This document shows positions 38,900 through 56,039 of a stretch of 64,000 nt of DNA, one piece after another. Within the stretch, counting starts at the first letter, position 1; the number at the start of each line of letters is the position of its first letter. The notes beneath the pieces were generated by a model. The model had not been told where the DNA came from, made no database searches, and worked only from the letters and a program-made list of their open reading frames with translations. A program made the translations under genes and the position numbers. This DNA is from Octopus sinensis (taxonomy: Eukaryota), in assembly GCF_006345805.1 (NCBI RefSeq), contig NC_042999.1, positions 142,166,001 to 142,230,000 of the forward strand. Reading direction: 5' to 3'.

Positions 38900-40560
38900 T
38901 GGTTATCTACTCCTTATGCAGAGTCTGACCACCTCTTGTACTTACGCCTTAGATCCATCGTGGTGTTTGATGTGGCTTTTAAAACCAAACAATGTATTAA
39001 AAGACACCCACATAGATTGCATATCTGATTTGGACCACCATGAGCTGCAGTTAAGTTCTGATCTTTGTGGATCTTAAAATATCTTTTGAAGCCTCCGTTA
39101 GATTTGCAGATCTTATGACATACGCAGCATTGAAAGGTATGCACAGATATATAGGCAGAGTAGTTGGTGGAGGTTCGTTTTTCATGGGTCCGCAAATGAG
39201 ATTTGAGCCCAGCAAAAGAAAGGCGTGATATGCCACAGACTGTGCGCTCAAAAAGGTCGCTGAGATTTACCTTCTCGTTGATCGCAACATTCTTCTTTAA
39301 ATCTCTCTTGAGTTTTTCACGGCAAAAGATAAAGAAAGCCTACCACCAAAATTAACTCTAGCCTTCATATCTTGATGCAAAATCCTAATCATATTTACAA
39401 TTTTTTCAGGGCAACCTATTTTCCTTAGAATTAGCCACAGAACATTTCAATTAACAGTATCGAATGCCTTGCTTGAATCAACAAAGCAGTGATATAGAGC
39501 AAGATTCTGTTCAATGCACTTTTCCTGAAATTGTCTGATACTAATGATACAATCAATTATGCCCCTGGAGGAGCGAAAACCACATTGAGACTCAGACACT
39601 ATATTTGGAACTATGAAGGTATTTATAGTACCTTTCCAACTACAGACAAAAGCGAAATTCCATGAAAATTACCACACCGATCATTTGGCCCCGATTTATA
39701 CAAGGAGCCTAAAATGGCATCGTTCCAGTTTTGAGGCGCTTCTTCAGTTCTCCAATAGTGACAAATTAATATATTTAAGAGTTCAAACATTTTGTCACCC
39801 TCATATTCAAGAACTTGCAGCCTGAAATATTTTTGTTTTGAAATCTTCCCATAGATTGTTTGGATCAAGATTGATACTTTCTATAGCATCATGCAATCTT
39901 TGCAAGTTGCTTGATAATTTGAAGTTTGCAACATTTAACTTTTTGGGTACCTTAGGACCAGACTGTCGACTTTTAGGCATTATCGAAAAATCCAGCTCCT
40001 TGCTCCTCTCATGGACCGAACACTTGAAAAATCTTTCATATCACGCTTTCTGATCAAAATATAATCTATGAGATGCCAGTTCTTAGATCTTGGGTGCATC
40101 CAGGTGTTTTATATTTATTTTTCTGCTTAAACAGAGTGTTGGTAACAACCATATTATTCTCAGTACTAAAAATCCTCAAGAGCTACTCCATTTTTATTAC
40201 ATGACTGCCCAAAACATGTCATGAAACATAGACCTTTCCAACGCTTGCGTTGAAATCTCCCAATATGACTAGTTTGTCAGAACTTGGTACTTTCCTCAAT
40301 AATTGTGCTAGATCATCATAAAACTGTCCTACAGTTTCATCAGAATGAGACATTTTTGGTGCATAAATACTGACAACGGTAAGAAACCTGCCTTCTGTCA
40401 GTTTTGTACAACATGACATGGTTCGTTCAGATATACCACTTGGAAATTCTGTAATCGAGGATAAAATGAATTCTTCAGAGCAAATCCAACACCAGAACCT
40501 ATTTTCTCGAATTTGTCCCTTATCTTGTAAATCGATTGTCGTGGTGGCGGATCAATGAGG
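38900..40560 (-). mobile_element. RTE-clade LINE remnant (APE + RT + C-terminal Cys/His)
   Basis: SIYAP...FYDDL...DKLVILGDFNASVG (APE); CGNFHGISLLSVVGKV, QCGFRSSRG, FVDSSKAFDTV (RT); FQCCVCHKICKS; internally deleted. Confidence 0.85.
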
Positions 40561-41034
40561 AAGGTTTCTGCCCAATTCTGGTGTACTGTTTCTGTTTCAA
40601 CACTTTCAGATTTCCAGTAATTCTTTAGAATCCACTTTCTGTCGTATCTGTCAAGTTACTCGCCATTATGTTTCACGACCGCGAAAAATAAATTAGTCTG
40701 TGTGTGTTTGTGTGTGCGCGCGCGAGTGTGTATGTGTGTGTGTGTGAAGATGAGACAATCAATGCGATTTTCATTCCCAGTTAAAGCCATTCACTTACAT
40801 CACCACCTTTAATTCTTTTCTTAGACATTTGAACTCTTCTTTCAAGGAATTTTTCTGCAAAACATAACGGAGCCATTTTGATAAATCATCCTCCAGAACG
40901 AATAAGACTTCCAGAAATTTGCAAGTGTTTAAAAAGGCTTTTGCATAGAAGAATATTCTTAAGAGGATTCCCGAGGTCCTTGGAAAAACTGGATCTCAGA
41001 ACTGTAGGGGAATAAAGCACTCGTTAATGACATA

Positions 41035-41225
41035 TTGCTCCTTCTCATTACAGCAATGAGCCGTACCTGTTTCCTAGCATCTATTTACAGTTACACGACT
41101 ATGCAAAAATAAGGGTCAAATGTTTTATTCATGGGTAGTGTGCTACGCCGTTGGTGAGATACGAACTGTGAATTCTCCATTCGGTATTTATGACTCCGAC
41201 CCAACAAGATCAACTACAATTCTTT
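41035..41225 (-). mobile_element. SINE-like repeat (family 3)
   Basis: Homologous to 18285-18470. Confidence 0.55.
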
Positions 41226-41749
41226 ATATAAATTTGGCTGTGAGAAAGGAAGATGATTTGGTGTTTTTTGAGAAACCTTATTTTTTCGTTTTGAAATGAA
41301 ATCTACACGATAATGCTGGCTCCAATCCAGCAATTTCAACAAATGGCTATTCCTTTTACTCTCTTTCTTGCTTAGTATCAACACTGCTTATGTAACTAAT
41401 TACTTCAGTTTACTATGATTACTAACCAGCCGCTTAAGTTTGGAGAGAGAAAAGAATAAACATGTAAATGTATAAACAAGTTGCAATATTTAAGTATCTC
41501 TCACACATGCACATACACATAAAGACGAATAAGTGTATATCAAATATCATGCAAGATAAATTTTTGATTTATTGAAATTATCTCCGCTTCCAGAGACATT
41601 AGAAGAATTGCTTGGCGGCGAAAGTGAGTGGAATAACAACATATCAGTGGCATACAACATAAATTCAAGGTGTATTGTAAATTGTAGGTGCTTCCAGAAT
41701 CGGTAGAACAATATATAAGCATCTGTGTGCATTTGTCTGTATGTATGTA

Positions 41750-41803
<54 letters not shown>

Positions 41804-42143
41804 ATATATATGTATGTATTCAAAATAGAATGTATTTTCAGAAAGTTTCGCGTTGCACATGCTCAGTCATACAATATTGAGATGAATCATCTCTTTTCAC
41901 ATTATTGAGCGCACATGACATGAAACTTTGATCAGGAAAGGTGTAAGGTTCACCTAATATTCTTGATTTGTGTGTGAGGGGCGGGGTGCAGAGAAGGAGA
42001 ATAGAATCACTTCTAGACAACCATTCTTAACGTGGCCGGCTAAAACTTAGTTTAATTAATTGGAATCTCACCATTAATGAGAAGAAGAGTTATTAGTGTT
42101 AATGTAAATTCGTCTCAGAAGGAGCAGGGGAGATGATAACTTT

Positions 42144-42195
<52 letters not shown>

Positions 42196-42197
<2 letters not shown>

Positions 42198-42600
42198 TTT
42201 ACTTGTTTCAGCCATTTGACTGCGGCCGTGCTGGAGCACCGCCTTTAGTCGAGCAGATCGACCCCGGGACTTATTCTTTGTAAGCCCAGTACTTATTCTA
42301 TCGGTCTCTTTTGCCGAACCGCTAAGTGACGGGGACATAAACACACCACCATCGGTCGTCAAGCAATTCTAGGGGGACAAACACAGACACACAAACATAT
42401 ACACACACATACATATATATATATATATAATATATACGACAGGCTTCTTTCAGTTTCCGTCTACCAAATCCACTCACAAGGCATTGGTCGGCCCGGGGCT
42501 ATAGCAGAAGACATTGCCCAAGATTCCACGCAGTGGGACTGAACACCGGAACCATGAGGTTGGTAAACAAGCTACTTACCAACACAGCCACTCCTGCGCT
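42196..42600 (-). mobile_element. SINE family 1, near full length
   Basis: Same sequence as 1510-1932; embedded in (TA)n. Confidence 0.9.
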
Positions 42601-42601
42601 A

Positions 42602-44901
<2,300 letters not shown>

Positions 44902-44912
44902 ATATATATATA

Positions 44913-44950
<38 letters not shown>

Positions 44951-45957
44951 TATATTTGACTTAAAGTTAAATAGATATTTACAAGGATTTGGGTTTGATA
45001 TTTTAGTAGCTATTGAGACAATTTTGGACATGTTTAGTCACATTAAACCTCCTCAACGTAGTAAAATATATAACAACCAGTCCAGAGAAAGACTTGGAGA
45101 TTATGTTATTTTGGGGTGAAAATGAGTGTTCCGTAAAGAGATATTAAAAAGCAGGGGTAAAACAAGAGGGAAAAAGAACAGATCCCATAAAGAAGCCATT
45201 CACGCCTCTAGCGCGATGGAATTTGTTCTCTCAACCCAGAACAACCCGTTGCATGGTCGAACCGTCGGAGATTAAACCGGCAACGATGCCTGTTTGATAA
45301 GGAAGATGGGTTTCGTTGTAACGGTTTGTATGTATCAAAGAGATAAGAAGAAAATATATTAGTTAAAATGGCCCTTCATTTTCATTGTTACACTGTAAGA
45401 TACAACTTCCTTATTCTGTAGGTAATTAACTTCATCTATGAGTGACTGTTAGAAGAGTGGTGGCAAAAGGAGAAAGAAAGAGCGTAAAAGTTGTATAGTC
45501 CCTCACTTAAAGTGCCTCATCCATCGGCGCCAAAAGAAAGAAGGAAGAACTGAATTTGGGTTCTGTATTTATATTTTCTCTAACTAAATTAGGTCAAGTT
45601 AGACTAAGGAATTTCCATCTCTTATCTGCCTGAATCCTCTTTAACCCAAGAATGTTAACTGTGACAGTTGACACTCATAAATTTCTAAGTGGAAAAGCCA
45701 AGAATAGTAGGAAGGGAACCGATAGTAAAATGTAAATTCGGTTTCGAATCCTAGCTTAGAATCGAGGAAGCTGTATGTTACAATCCTGTGGGACGAAAAA
45801 AAAAACCTGTCAAAGTACGGATGACCTTAGTAAAGTAAAAGGCTGGACGTGAGAGCAACTAGAGAGGTTCTCTCCAGTAGGAAAATGAAAAACCAAAATA
45901 CACCCGTCTCATTGTAAAGTTGGAAATCTCGCTCTTACTTGTTTCTGAACTTCTTTC

Positions 45958-45989
<32 letters not shown>

Positions 45990-46524
45990 GGAGAGAATCT
46001 TTGCGATTTTGTGTCAGGACGAGTATTGCTCTCAGCACGGGCGTTGCTGAAAGCCATTTTCTTTAATATCTAGGATAAAATAATTTGTTACAGATAGGCA
46101 TACTCGTCTACATGTTGACAGGCTGCATGTATGTACGTATGATGTATGTATAATGAATATGTATATATGATGCATGTGTGCATACGGCCTTGTAACTGAA
46201 AAGTTTATTTTTCAATCATGAGGTCACAGGATGTGAAACTGAGTTGATGGAAACAGTGGAATTCAGTTCTTGTGATTGTATCAATAATTCCAAGGTCCAG
46301 CCTTGTCACACTATGTCACGACGATTCTACTTGAGTATTATGTTCACGGTACATGTGTCTGTAGTATACTTAGTCACATGTACAATAGGTGCACGTTTCA
46401 GTCGATGAAACAACTGGAATATTCATTATAGAAGCTGACAGAAGCCTATCGATATTCTTATATGTGTGAGTGGTGTGTACATGTAAAAATACATGCGAGT
46501 CTGCACGTGTGCATGTAAATGTAT

Positions 46525-46701
<177 letters not shown>

Positions 46702-47031
46702 ATCTGGCGCCCGTAGCAGACGATTCCCGTCTGCAAACGATATAAATATGTTTGCTTTTATGCACCGTTCGTCCATATGAGAGGTCTTTACAAAGTAAAT
46801 AACGTAGTATTCAACGTTCTAACAAAACATACACGTTAAGATAGATATAAAGATTGCCTTATATACATATACATACACACACACATACACATACACACAT
46901 ACACACACACACATATATATATATATATCTCACTGTAAAGTTGTGTGTATGCATCACCTCTTTATTCATACATAAGAATGTCTACTATCAACACCAAAAG
47001 GTGATGTATAAACGAGACAGAAAAAACGAGG

Positions 47032-47091
<60 letters not shown>

Positions 47092-47262
47092 GACAAAGTG
47101 AGAGAGAGAAGGAGCAACGGGAGTGAGAGAGAGAGAGAAAGTGAAAGAGTGAGGGAAAGTGAGAGAGTGAGAGAGTGAGAGAAAGTGAGAGAGTGAGAGA
47201 AAGTGAGAGAAAGAGAGAGAGACAGAGGGCAAAGTGAGAGAGAGAAGGAGCAACGTGAGAGA

Positions 47263-47301
<39 letters not shown>

Positions 47302-47556
47302 TTTCGCTGGCACATCTGTTTTAAATCAGACACATGCCTAAGAATATCTTATTAGATATTGTATTAATACCCTGCGGGGTTTTGCTTTAAAAGTATGTTT
47401 TTTTAGAACTCAATCTCTTTCCTAATAAGAATCTCGATTCATTTGGAAAATATTTCAGGGTGAAAATCTATCTTCATTTGAGAGATTTGGCAGTTTGATT
47501 TAATAAACAATTAGTGTGGAAGATTTAATAATTAGTGTTTGGCTTAATAAACAATT

Positions 47557-47722
47557 GGTGTGGTTGCGTGGTAAGAAGTTTGCTTTCCAGTCACACAGTG
47601 CCGAGTTCAGTTCCCCCCCAGCGTGACATCTGGGGTAAGTGTTTTCTCTTATATCCTTGGGTCGACCAAAGCTTTGTGAGTGGATTTGGTAGAGGAGGAA
47701 ACTGAAAGAAGCCTTTCGTATA
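47557..47722 (+). mobile_element. SINE family 1, diverged 5' part
   Basis: GTGGTAAGAAGTTTGC...GAGTTCAGTTCCC...GAGTGGATTTGGTAGA...AACTGAAAGAAGCC. Confidence 0.8.
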
Positions 47723-50700
47723 TATATATATATATACATGTGTGTGTATTATCGGGCACTGATTTCATAAAATAACAACGCAGTATTTTTTTTTTTTTAA
47801 ATAGCGCTAGATTTTTTCTCTCAGTATTTTGCACATATAATTATAATTACACATGCGAAATGTTTATAAAATATGAATAATACGCAAATAATTATTTACG
47901 TATTAATATTTTATTACAATGCTAATTAATTTCTTTTCTAGCATTGAAAGATTTTTTTCATTTTGCGATTGCTTTCTCTTGAAGGACAAATTGAAATTTT
48001 ATTGTAATGTTAACGATTATATCGTGTGTGGGGAGGTTGTATGAACATTCAATTTATTTGTAGTGATAGTACAAAGTTTTTGTTTAAAAATTTTGGGCGA
48101 GCTTATTACGCCAATTTGGGAATAAAACTTGAGATTCAGACAAAAACTGAGCCTCTCACAGTGCCTGCCATTGTTTTTTGTGAGAACTAAAACAATAAAC
48201 AAAAGGTAAAAAGTGCGCCCTTGCATTTGGTATTCCAATGATATAATGGGGGAGAACCAGACATTCGTAGTCGTGTTTGTAGGGAGCAGAAAGAATTGTT
48301 TCTCTTAATCTTCCCTCTGTAGGATTGTAGGGATCTGCTCCAGCTGGTAATCTTATGCATCAAATCACTCAAAGAAAGTAGACGATAAAGAATTTGTTCT
48401 AACGTGTCCCAGCACTGAATCACTACTATTCTCTCAGGATGAGCTTAATGGTTTAGTAAGAAATCACGGTTTCCTCAAAAGACGCTACAAAGGTTTTTAG
48501 GATCTTAGTTAAAAAATAAAACCGTATTATATATCTAGACAACTTTTTCATGGTACCGAAATAGAGAAAAAGTATTTGCTGTATATTTCAAGAAATACGG
48601 AACCTTACAGTGATGTATTGTCCCTTATGTAAATGAAATAATGTAAACTTGTGGAAATTATAATGCAATAGGATGATGGCTATTTATAAATTAATTTAAA
48701 TGAAACTTGAAAGAGCTTCTCTCTAACGGTTGTGATAAATATGCATTAATAATTGTTGCCCATTATGAGTGTTGAAAATAACCGTACCAAAATTTGGCAA
48801 ATCTCGCGTAAAGCAACAACAACAAAGACCTTTGGTTTATACGCGAAAGTTTGTTTATATATGGGAAAGCTCATTTTTTAAATTCTTAAAATGATGGAAT
48901 GGACATGGCTAGAATGCTGCTGATCATAAAGTTGCTCCTTCAGTGCTGACCTGGGTTCAAACAGCGACAAGAAGAAGAACAACAACAACAACAACAACAG
49001 CAACAGCAACAACAACAACAGCAACAGCAACAACAACAACAACAACAACCTGCTAAACTAACTGCTTCCTAAACATGGCAAGTGTAAAGTGACAAGTACT
49101 AAATTGTTTGAAAGAAAAAGGGTGTTTTGTGATTAGCGGTCAACATGGAATCATGACATATCTATCATTCAAGGAGTGTGAAATCAAGATATACTTGACC
49201 TCAATAGTAGTCAAACAAAGGTCAGTTACTGGCCACACGCTCAGAACTATTCGAAATATGTAGTCGTCAGTTCCTTAAATTTCCAGATGCTTAAACCCAT
49301 GTTGTTGACATCCTTTTTGTTTCGGGAGACAATGGAGTTGCGAATAAAGTAGTTTAGTCCGGCTTTTACATTTCATGTCCTGATGCATTTCCTGCTGTGG
49401 CATAGATTAAACGATTTTACTTCGTTGCTATTGTGTGAGGTGCATGAACGTTACATAATTTCATTTGAGATATTTTGCTTTCCGTAAAACTGATTTAGGC
49501 TTTAGAATATAATCACAACCGACAAAAAATTCTTATTCGAAACTCGTATTTCAGGAAATTCGTTTTAATTGCTTCTCGCACTCGGTCATTGGTGACCCTA
49601 GCTTTGTTTTTCTCGAAGGCAAAAACAGAATCTTGTTAAATTTCTTCCAACCACTTGAAGTATTTCAACTTTACATCAGATTATTTTTTTTTAAATGTGG
49701 TTTTAAGAGAAAAATGAACGCGATTTTCATCATTAGCATGCGAACTACGTCAACGTAGAAAATTTTAAAACAGAAAAAAAAATGGAATCTGGTAAAAAAT
49801 TGAAATACTTCAAATAGTTGGAAGAAATTTCAGGAGATCTCCAACAGTTTCAAAATCTCTTTAGGGCGCGCGAAGTGAACAGCATTAATTAAATTGGTTA
49901 GTGAAGTTACCCTTCGTACCATTAAAACTGGAGAGAAATATCTGATGGATACGGGTAATCTAAAAACTTCACTTTCTCGGCAGTTTTTGACCTCACCCCA
50001 AAGCCCCACCCCAAAGTATCATGAACGTTGAAATTTTTCCAAATAAATTGGACTCAGATTCTCCGCAATTCATACTTGCTAAGGTTGCACAGGCCTACTG
50101 CTTAGCCTCCTTATGAAAAGAAATGGCTCTTCCCGCAGGGAAGTGTTCGGCTGTCTAGAAGAATTGTCTAGTTTTTGTTAATATTTCAAAAGAAACTTTT
50201 AAAGTAGGTGTACGTACATCCTCTTTAAGAGAAAAGCCTCTAAGGGAAAAGTTTCCTTAGATAAGATCTCTTCAGCGAAATATTTCGCCTTCTCACATGC
50301 ACACACAATATCGTTTGAGTGTCATTACTCAACTACATATCTCCGCCAAAATCAACGTCCCCAAAAAATTTCCCATGCAGTAACACTGCTGCATCATCTG
50401 TATAAAATTATCTACACAGCATAAATTTCGCAAACAACACCCAAAAGTATAATTAACTCAAGTACATACCATCACCACCACATACCACCTTCCTGTCACC
50501 AACTTATCATTTGCAAAGCACCACCACTCACACATCATCATCGTCATATATCATCTTCACAATATCATCTCGTTATCATCACCACTACATCACCACTGCA
50601 TTTATAGCACAACACTTTTATTAAACTTTTATCAAATGTTTAACCGTTAGGCTTGTCTGAAAAGAGGGGTTTTGTTTGAGAGGCTTCTGTCCTAGAGGAC

Positions 50701-50746
50701 TTGTGACCGGGGGTGAGGATATTCCAGATCCAAATTCAAACAATAT

Positions 50747-51154
50747 ACTCTTTACTCTTTTACACATTTCAGTCATCTGAGTTCGGCCATGCTGGAGCAC
50801 CGCCTTTAGTCGAAGAAATCGACCCCAGGACTTATTCTTTGTAAGCCTAGTACTTATTCTATAGGTTTTTTGCCGAACCGTTAAATTTCGGGGATATAAA
50901 CACACCAGCATTGGTTGTCAAGCGATGGTGGGGTGTGTGTAACAAACACAGACATACACACATAAATATATATACATATATATTTATATACATATATATA
51001 TATATATATATATACATATAATAAATATTAGGGAATAAATCCAAACTTACAGGGAAAAATCAGATTTAGGATTAAATTAAATAATCTTATGTATTGGCTT
51101 AAGTTTTTCATTGTATGATTTGCCTAATAGTGGTTTTATCTCTAATTTAATATA

Positions 51155-51252
<98 letters not shown>

Positions 51253-51395
51253 GACGAGCTTCTCTCAGTTTCCGCCTACCAAATCCACTTACGAGGATTT
51301 GGTTAACCCGAAGCTATAGTTGAAGAGACTTGCCCAAGGTGCCAAGCAGTGGAACTGAACCCGGAACCATTTTTATTGTATATGCCTGCGCCTAT
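50747..51395 (-). mobile_element. SINE family 1, interrupted in its internal (TA)n
   Basis: Tail at 50747-50960 and head at 51250-51395, with an element A-related insert between them. Confidence 0.8.
51015..51160. mobile_element. Collapsed relative of element A (outer arm ends only)
   Basis: ATAAATATTAGGGAAT...AAATCAGATTTAGG matches ~25435-25485; TATGTATTG...AATAGTGGTTTT matches ~28838-28885. Confidence 0.65.
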
Positions 51396-51744
51396 ATACA
51401 ATAAAAATAACTAATCATCCTGTTTATACTTGGCAAATTAAGATAGCTGTCAGATTGTGGTGTTAGTGTGATTTCCTCCACAGAATGTCTTTGATTTGAA
51501 ATCTGGATCTGCAATTTCACAATATCTATAAAACAAAAACGGCACTTTGTACACAATACTGAAAAATATTCTGATTCTTGCTGATACTAGAGAAATATAT
51601 GTCAACCTACGTCTACATAACGGGAAGAAGAAAATTGCTTTCTATGTAAAAAATAAAGATAGAAATTCCATTCATGCTGTTAACAGTGGCATGAGATTAA
51701 TACATTTTAATTGGCTTCTATGCATTATTGATATCAAAGATGAA

Positions 51745-51880
51745 GGCAACCAGCAGGCAGAACCGTTAGGGCATCGGAAAATGTACTGCAGAATTTCTTT
51801 CTGTTCTTTATAATTACGTATCAAATCGCGTCGAGGTCAACTTTGCCTTTCATTCTTCCGGGGTCGATAAAAACAAAATA
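51745..51880 (+). mobile_element. SINE family 2, diverged
   Basis: GGCAGAACCGTTAG...GAGGTCAACTTTGCCTTTCAT...GGGGTCGATAAA. Confidence 0.65.
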
Positions 51881-52299
51881 CTTAACTTGGCAACATCGAA
51901 TGTTTAATGTTGCGAAGAAAAATAAGACCATTTGTGTTATCGAGGAAATTAAATTGTTGAGAAGATTTTGGATTCGAGGCGATTGAAGATGAAAGAAAGG
52001 TCAAGTCTTTAAGAAGATGAAGTTGCTACAACCGAGGCCTATTACCTCAGAATTATTTTTTTTTAAACAGTGTTGGCTATAACAAGAAATCAATGTATTG
52101 TTTTTTATAAAGAATTAATTTTGTTGTTGTATTGTGACAAACAAGATTATTGTTGCATGTTTATTGTTAAGATTTCAAATTCGATTGAGAAACGTATGAA
52201 ATGTTTGCAACGCGATGTGAGAAAGTGTGGCTTTGACACAATAGGAAACAGAAAGATGGAAGTAGATTAAAATTGGATTCATTTGATTATTAGACATGC

Positions 52300-52360
<61 letters not shown>

Positions 52361-54193
52361 ACTCGCTCTTTCTCTCTCCCTCTCTTTCTTTCTCCCTTTC
52401 TTTCTTCCTTTCTTGCTTTCTCTTCCTCTTCTTTCCCTTCTCTCTCTCCCTTCATCTTAACTAGGAGACTTACCGAGATTCAATTTACTCATTGCAGTTA
52501 ATGACTCACCTACCGAAGGCTTGACGACAAGCCTTTTGTTCAAAATTGCCAATTACTGTATCATCCACAACAAATGCATGCTTTAACAGCCCAGGAAAGT
52601 GTTCAATCCAGCGATCTATCTTGATTTAAGGAACAGTGAAGAACCTTCAACAGAAAGCAAAAGACAATGGTACTGAGATTTTAGGACCTTAAGCTTGCCC
52701 TATGAAACAATAGAATGTCTTACTGTCGATAGCATCAACCACATCTTGAACGTTATCAGCAAGACCCTCCCTCTAAGTGTTCTGCATGGCAGAGTTAACA
52801 TCAATGACTATCTGAGTAGTTTAGTTGATCATGTCCAACCTATGGTATAAACATTATTCCTCATGAATCTTCCAGGTCGATAATTCGTCGATTCACATGG
52901 TTAATGTTATTTAAAATTGGCACGAAGATCACAATAATGAAAGACCATTGAGATTGATCTCTACAGCCACCAGATTTTGATATAATCGAATATTTATGGT
53001 GCATTTTAAAGCAGCAAGTAAGGAGCCGCTTCCCTCCACCATCGTTGCTGAAAGCGCTAAAACAGGTTTTACTTGAAGTCTAGCTCAAAATTCCCCTGAC
53101 AACCGTTTAGAATTTGTACGCATAACCCTCGACATGTTAAATAAAAAAACACTTCCTTTTACCACGGTGCTTCCATTTTTTTTGTCCAACCCCTGTACGT
53201 TTTCGTGTGTTCGTGTGTACTTGTGTATTTGTGTACGTGTGTATGTGCGTTTGTGTACGTGTGTGTGTGTGTGTGCGCGTAATGTTTGTTTTTACGTGAA
53301 GTTATATATAAAAACAATTCAACGTTAAATTGAAAAACTGTTCAATACTTTTTAGTAGAGTACACATTTACTAATTTTTACAAGGAAACGTTGACTGTGA
53401 CATCGAAGTTTTGATTTACCAACCGTCATCAGACTGACTTGTGATGGGTGGTAAACCGAAATTTTTGAAGTCACCGGTAACCTTTTCCTCGTAAAAGTCT
53501 CTCAACTCCCTCCTCATCTCTTTCTCCCCCCCTCTCTCTATATATATGCACGTGTGTAGCATACATATATACATAAACATATATATAGTTAAAGCTTAAC
53601 GATTTTACTGTTTACTCCACTATTACCACTAGGTCTGCCAACATCAACAGCGGAGAGTAAATATAAAGGATGTCGAGTTAAATTTTCTGAGTTTCCTGAT
53701 AATAATCTATAAGTGTAGAGGGAAAGATTATATTAGAATTTTATCTTTTAGTTTCTTAAATAGTTTCCGAAGCAACTGGAAATACTTTTATTTATTTATT
53801 CATTATTTTTACACTATCTGTTTCTATTACAATTTAATGTAGTGTGAAACCCCACAGTTTCAGTCAAGAATATATTCCAGTTGTTGTTGTTGTTGTTGCT
53901 GCTTATCTTTCGTCGACGACATAAGCGAGAAGAAATATTCTGGCTATGACTGGAAATGAATGAAAAATTGAAGAAGCCAATAGATTTTAATCCTAAAGAA
54001 ACACAACAAATAAGCAAAGGAAAATATATGAGTTTAAATCTTTGTATGTATGCTTGAATACAGCTGCGTGTTTGTGTGCGTTAGTTTTCCCAGTTGCCAT
54101 TTACTATTTGTTGGTAGTTTGACTTCGTTCCTATGTGAGTGTGCAATGTACTTTAAACGAAGTTTATAAGCATGCTCCTCAATATACATTTAT

Positions 54194-54258
<65 letters not shown>

Positions 54259-54378
54259 GTATGTGTTGTGTGGGTGTGTGTTTATATTTCAAGTATATAT
54301 GTAGTTTTTTTATTATAAAGATATGTTGAATTTAATAACACGCTATCTTAAAGATAGTATTTGTCAGTGACATATTTC

Positions 54379-54436
<58 letters not shown>

Positions 54437-54471
54437 GTGTGTGTGTGGCACGCGTGTGCATCAATGCATAT

Positions 54472-54530
<59 letters not shown>

Positions 54531-54625
54531 ATAAAAAGTCAAGCAGTCTAAGAGGTGAATATATTTGGAAATTTACTATTTTTAAATCTCACAACGAGAG
54601 ATATTCAGCAACAGTACCTTGGAGT

Positions 54626-54892
54626 AAAGATTGTTTGCCAACATAACATGGTAGTCCTGGTTTAGGACGACTGTTGCTGTAATTTAGCTCCAGGAGACAT
54701 CGTCTCCTGGGCTAAATTACAGCAACAATAGGTTTGTGTGGTGTGAGTTGGGGAGGGGCATGTCTTGGGGAGGTTTGTGATATTGTTCTGTTGTTGATAT
54801 AATTATTGTTTGAGGACGATGTCTCCTGGGCTAAATTACAGCAACAGTCGTCCTAAGCCAGGACTGCCATGTTATGTTGGCGAACAATCTTT
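54626..54892. repeat. Foldback with ~79-bp inverted arms
   Basis: 54626-54704 is the reverse complement of 54815-54892, with an extra hairpin segment at 54693-54727. Confidence 0.9.
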
Positions 54893-56039
54893 CCGTGAAT
54901 ATATTCATTTAACCACTTTTTATCTTTAGGATTACGACCGTTTCGTAGCCTTTATCGTGGAATAATTTTAATGAATAATAAATAAATTGTTTCATATGTC
55001 TGCGCTAATATTCAAGCTTCGGATTATACAATACAATTGTATATTTACAAATCAATGCAGATCAAGAAAGCTAGCACATCAAATCCTCAGAACATCATGG
55101 TTACATCTTTGCTTCAATTCTTCGAGTTAAAGCATAGGTGTAACCATTGTTTTCTGGGGACGAGATGAACTACTTTGTTAGGAATCAATATTGCCGTAAT
55201 TCAAGCACCCACAGAACCGAACGATCTGGAATTGCAGTGAATTCAACAAGATAATCCCTGCTCTTATTAAGATAATACTAAATTACAGATGTCACCAGAA
55301 TCGAGGATAAAACAGTGGCATGCAACATGCTTTCACTAATTAATTTTGGTCTCTATGAAGTCCCTATGAAATAGATTCTCCAGTCACAGTTCCAGCAGAA
55401 CATCTAGTCTAATTTGTTGAAATGAGTACCAGCATGGGGCACGACAGCAACAACAGCAATAATGACAAACTATAAAACCAGCAGCGGCGAAACCTGCAAT
55501 AACAGCAGCTGTAGCAATAACGATTCGCAACACCAGCTTGCAAGATGGAGAGCAACATCAACAGCAATAACAACACCAACCGTGGTAGCAACAGCAAAAA
55601 AATAACAAAGGCCTGCACATCACAGACCACAGCAGCAGTAACAACAATAATAGCAGAACCCGCTGCTCAAACAATAATTATATCAACAACGGAACAATAC
55701 TACAAACCTCCCCAAGACATGCCCCTCCCCAACTCACACCACACAAACCTATTGTGTGATGAACGTAACAGCAAGGCCCCTGAATGACAAACAGTAACAA
55801 AAAAGAAACAATGAAAAAAACAGGGAGATATGAACAAATGGGAGAGATGCTTTTAAGCAACGATGCACTAACACCACTGCCGACAACAGCTACATCACTG
55901 CTATCAACACCATTACCCCATCACCCCATCACCACCATTCCCACCACTATCACACACCACCATCTCCTGTACAAGCACAACCAAATTCACACACACACAC
56001 AGAGTGAAACTCAACCTAGAAAAGTGAATGAGCCTTCAG

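Noticed and set aside
45317-45783. TGTAAC...GTTACA LTR-like ends and a reverse TGGCGCC primer-binding-site-like word
   Set aside because: No TSD, and the PBS-like word is not preceded by an LTR-terminal CA.
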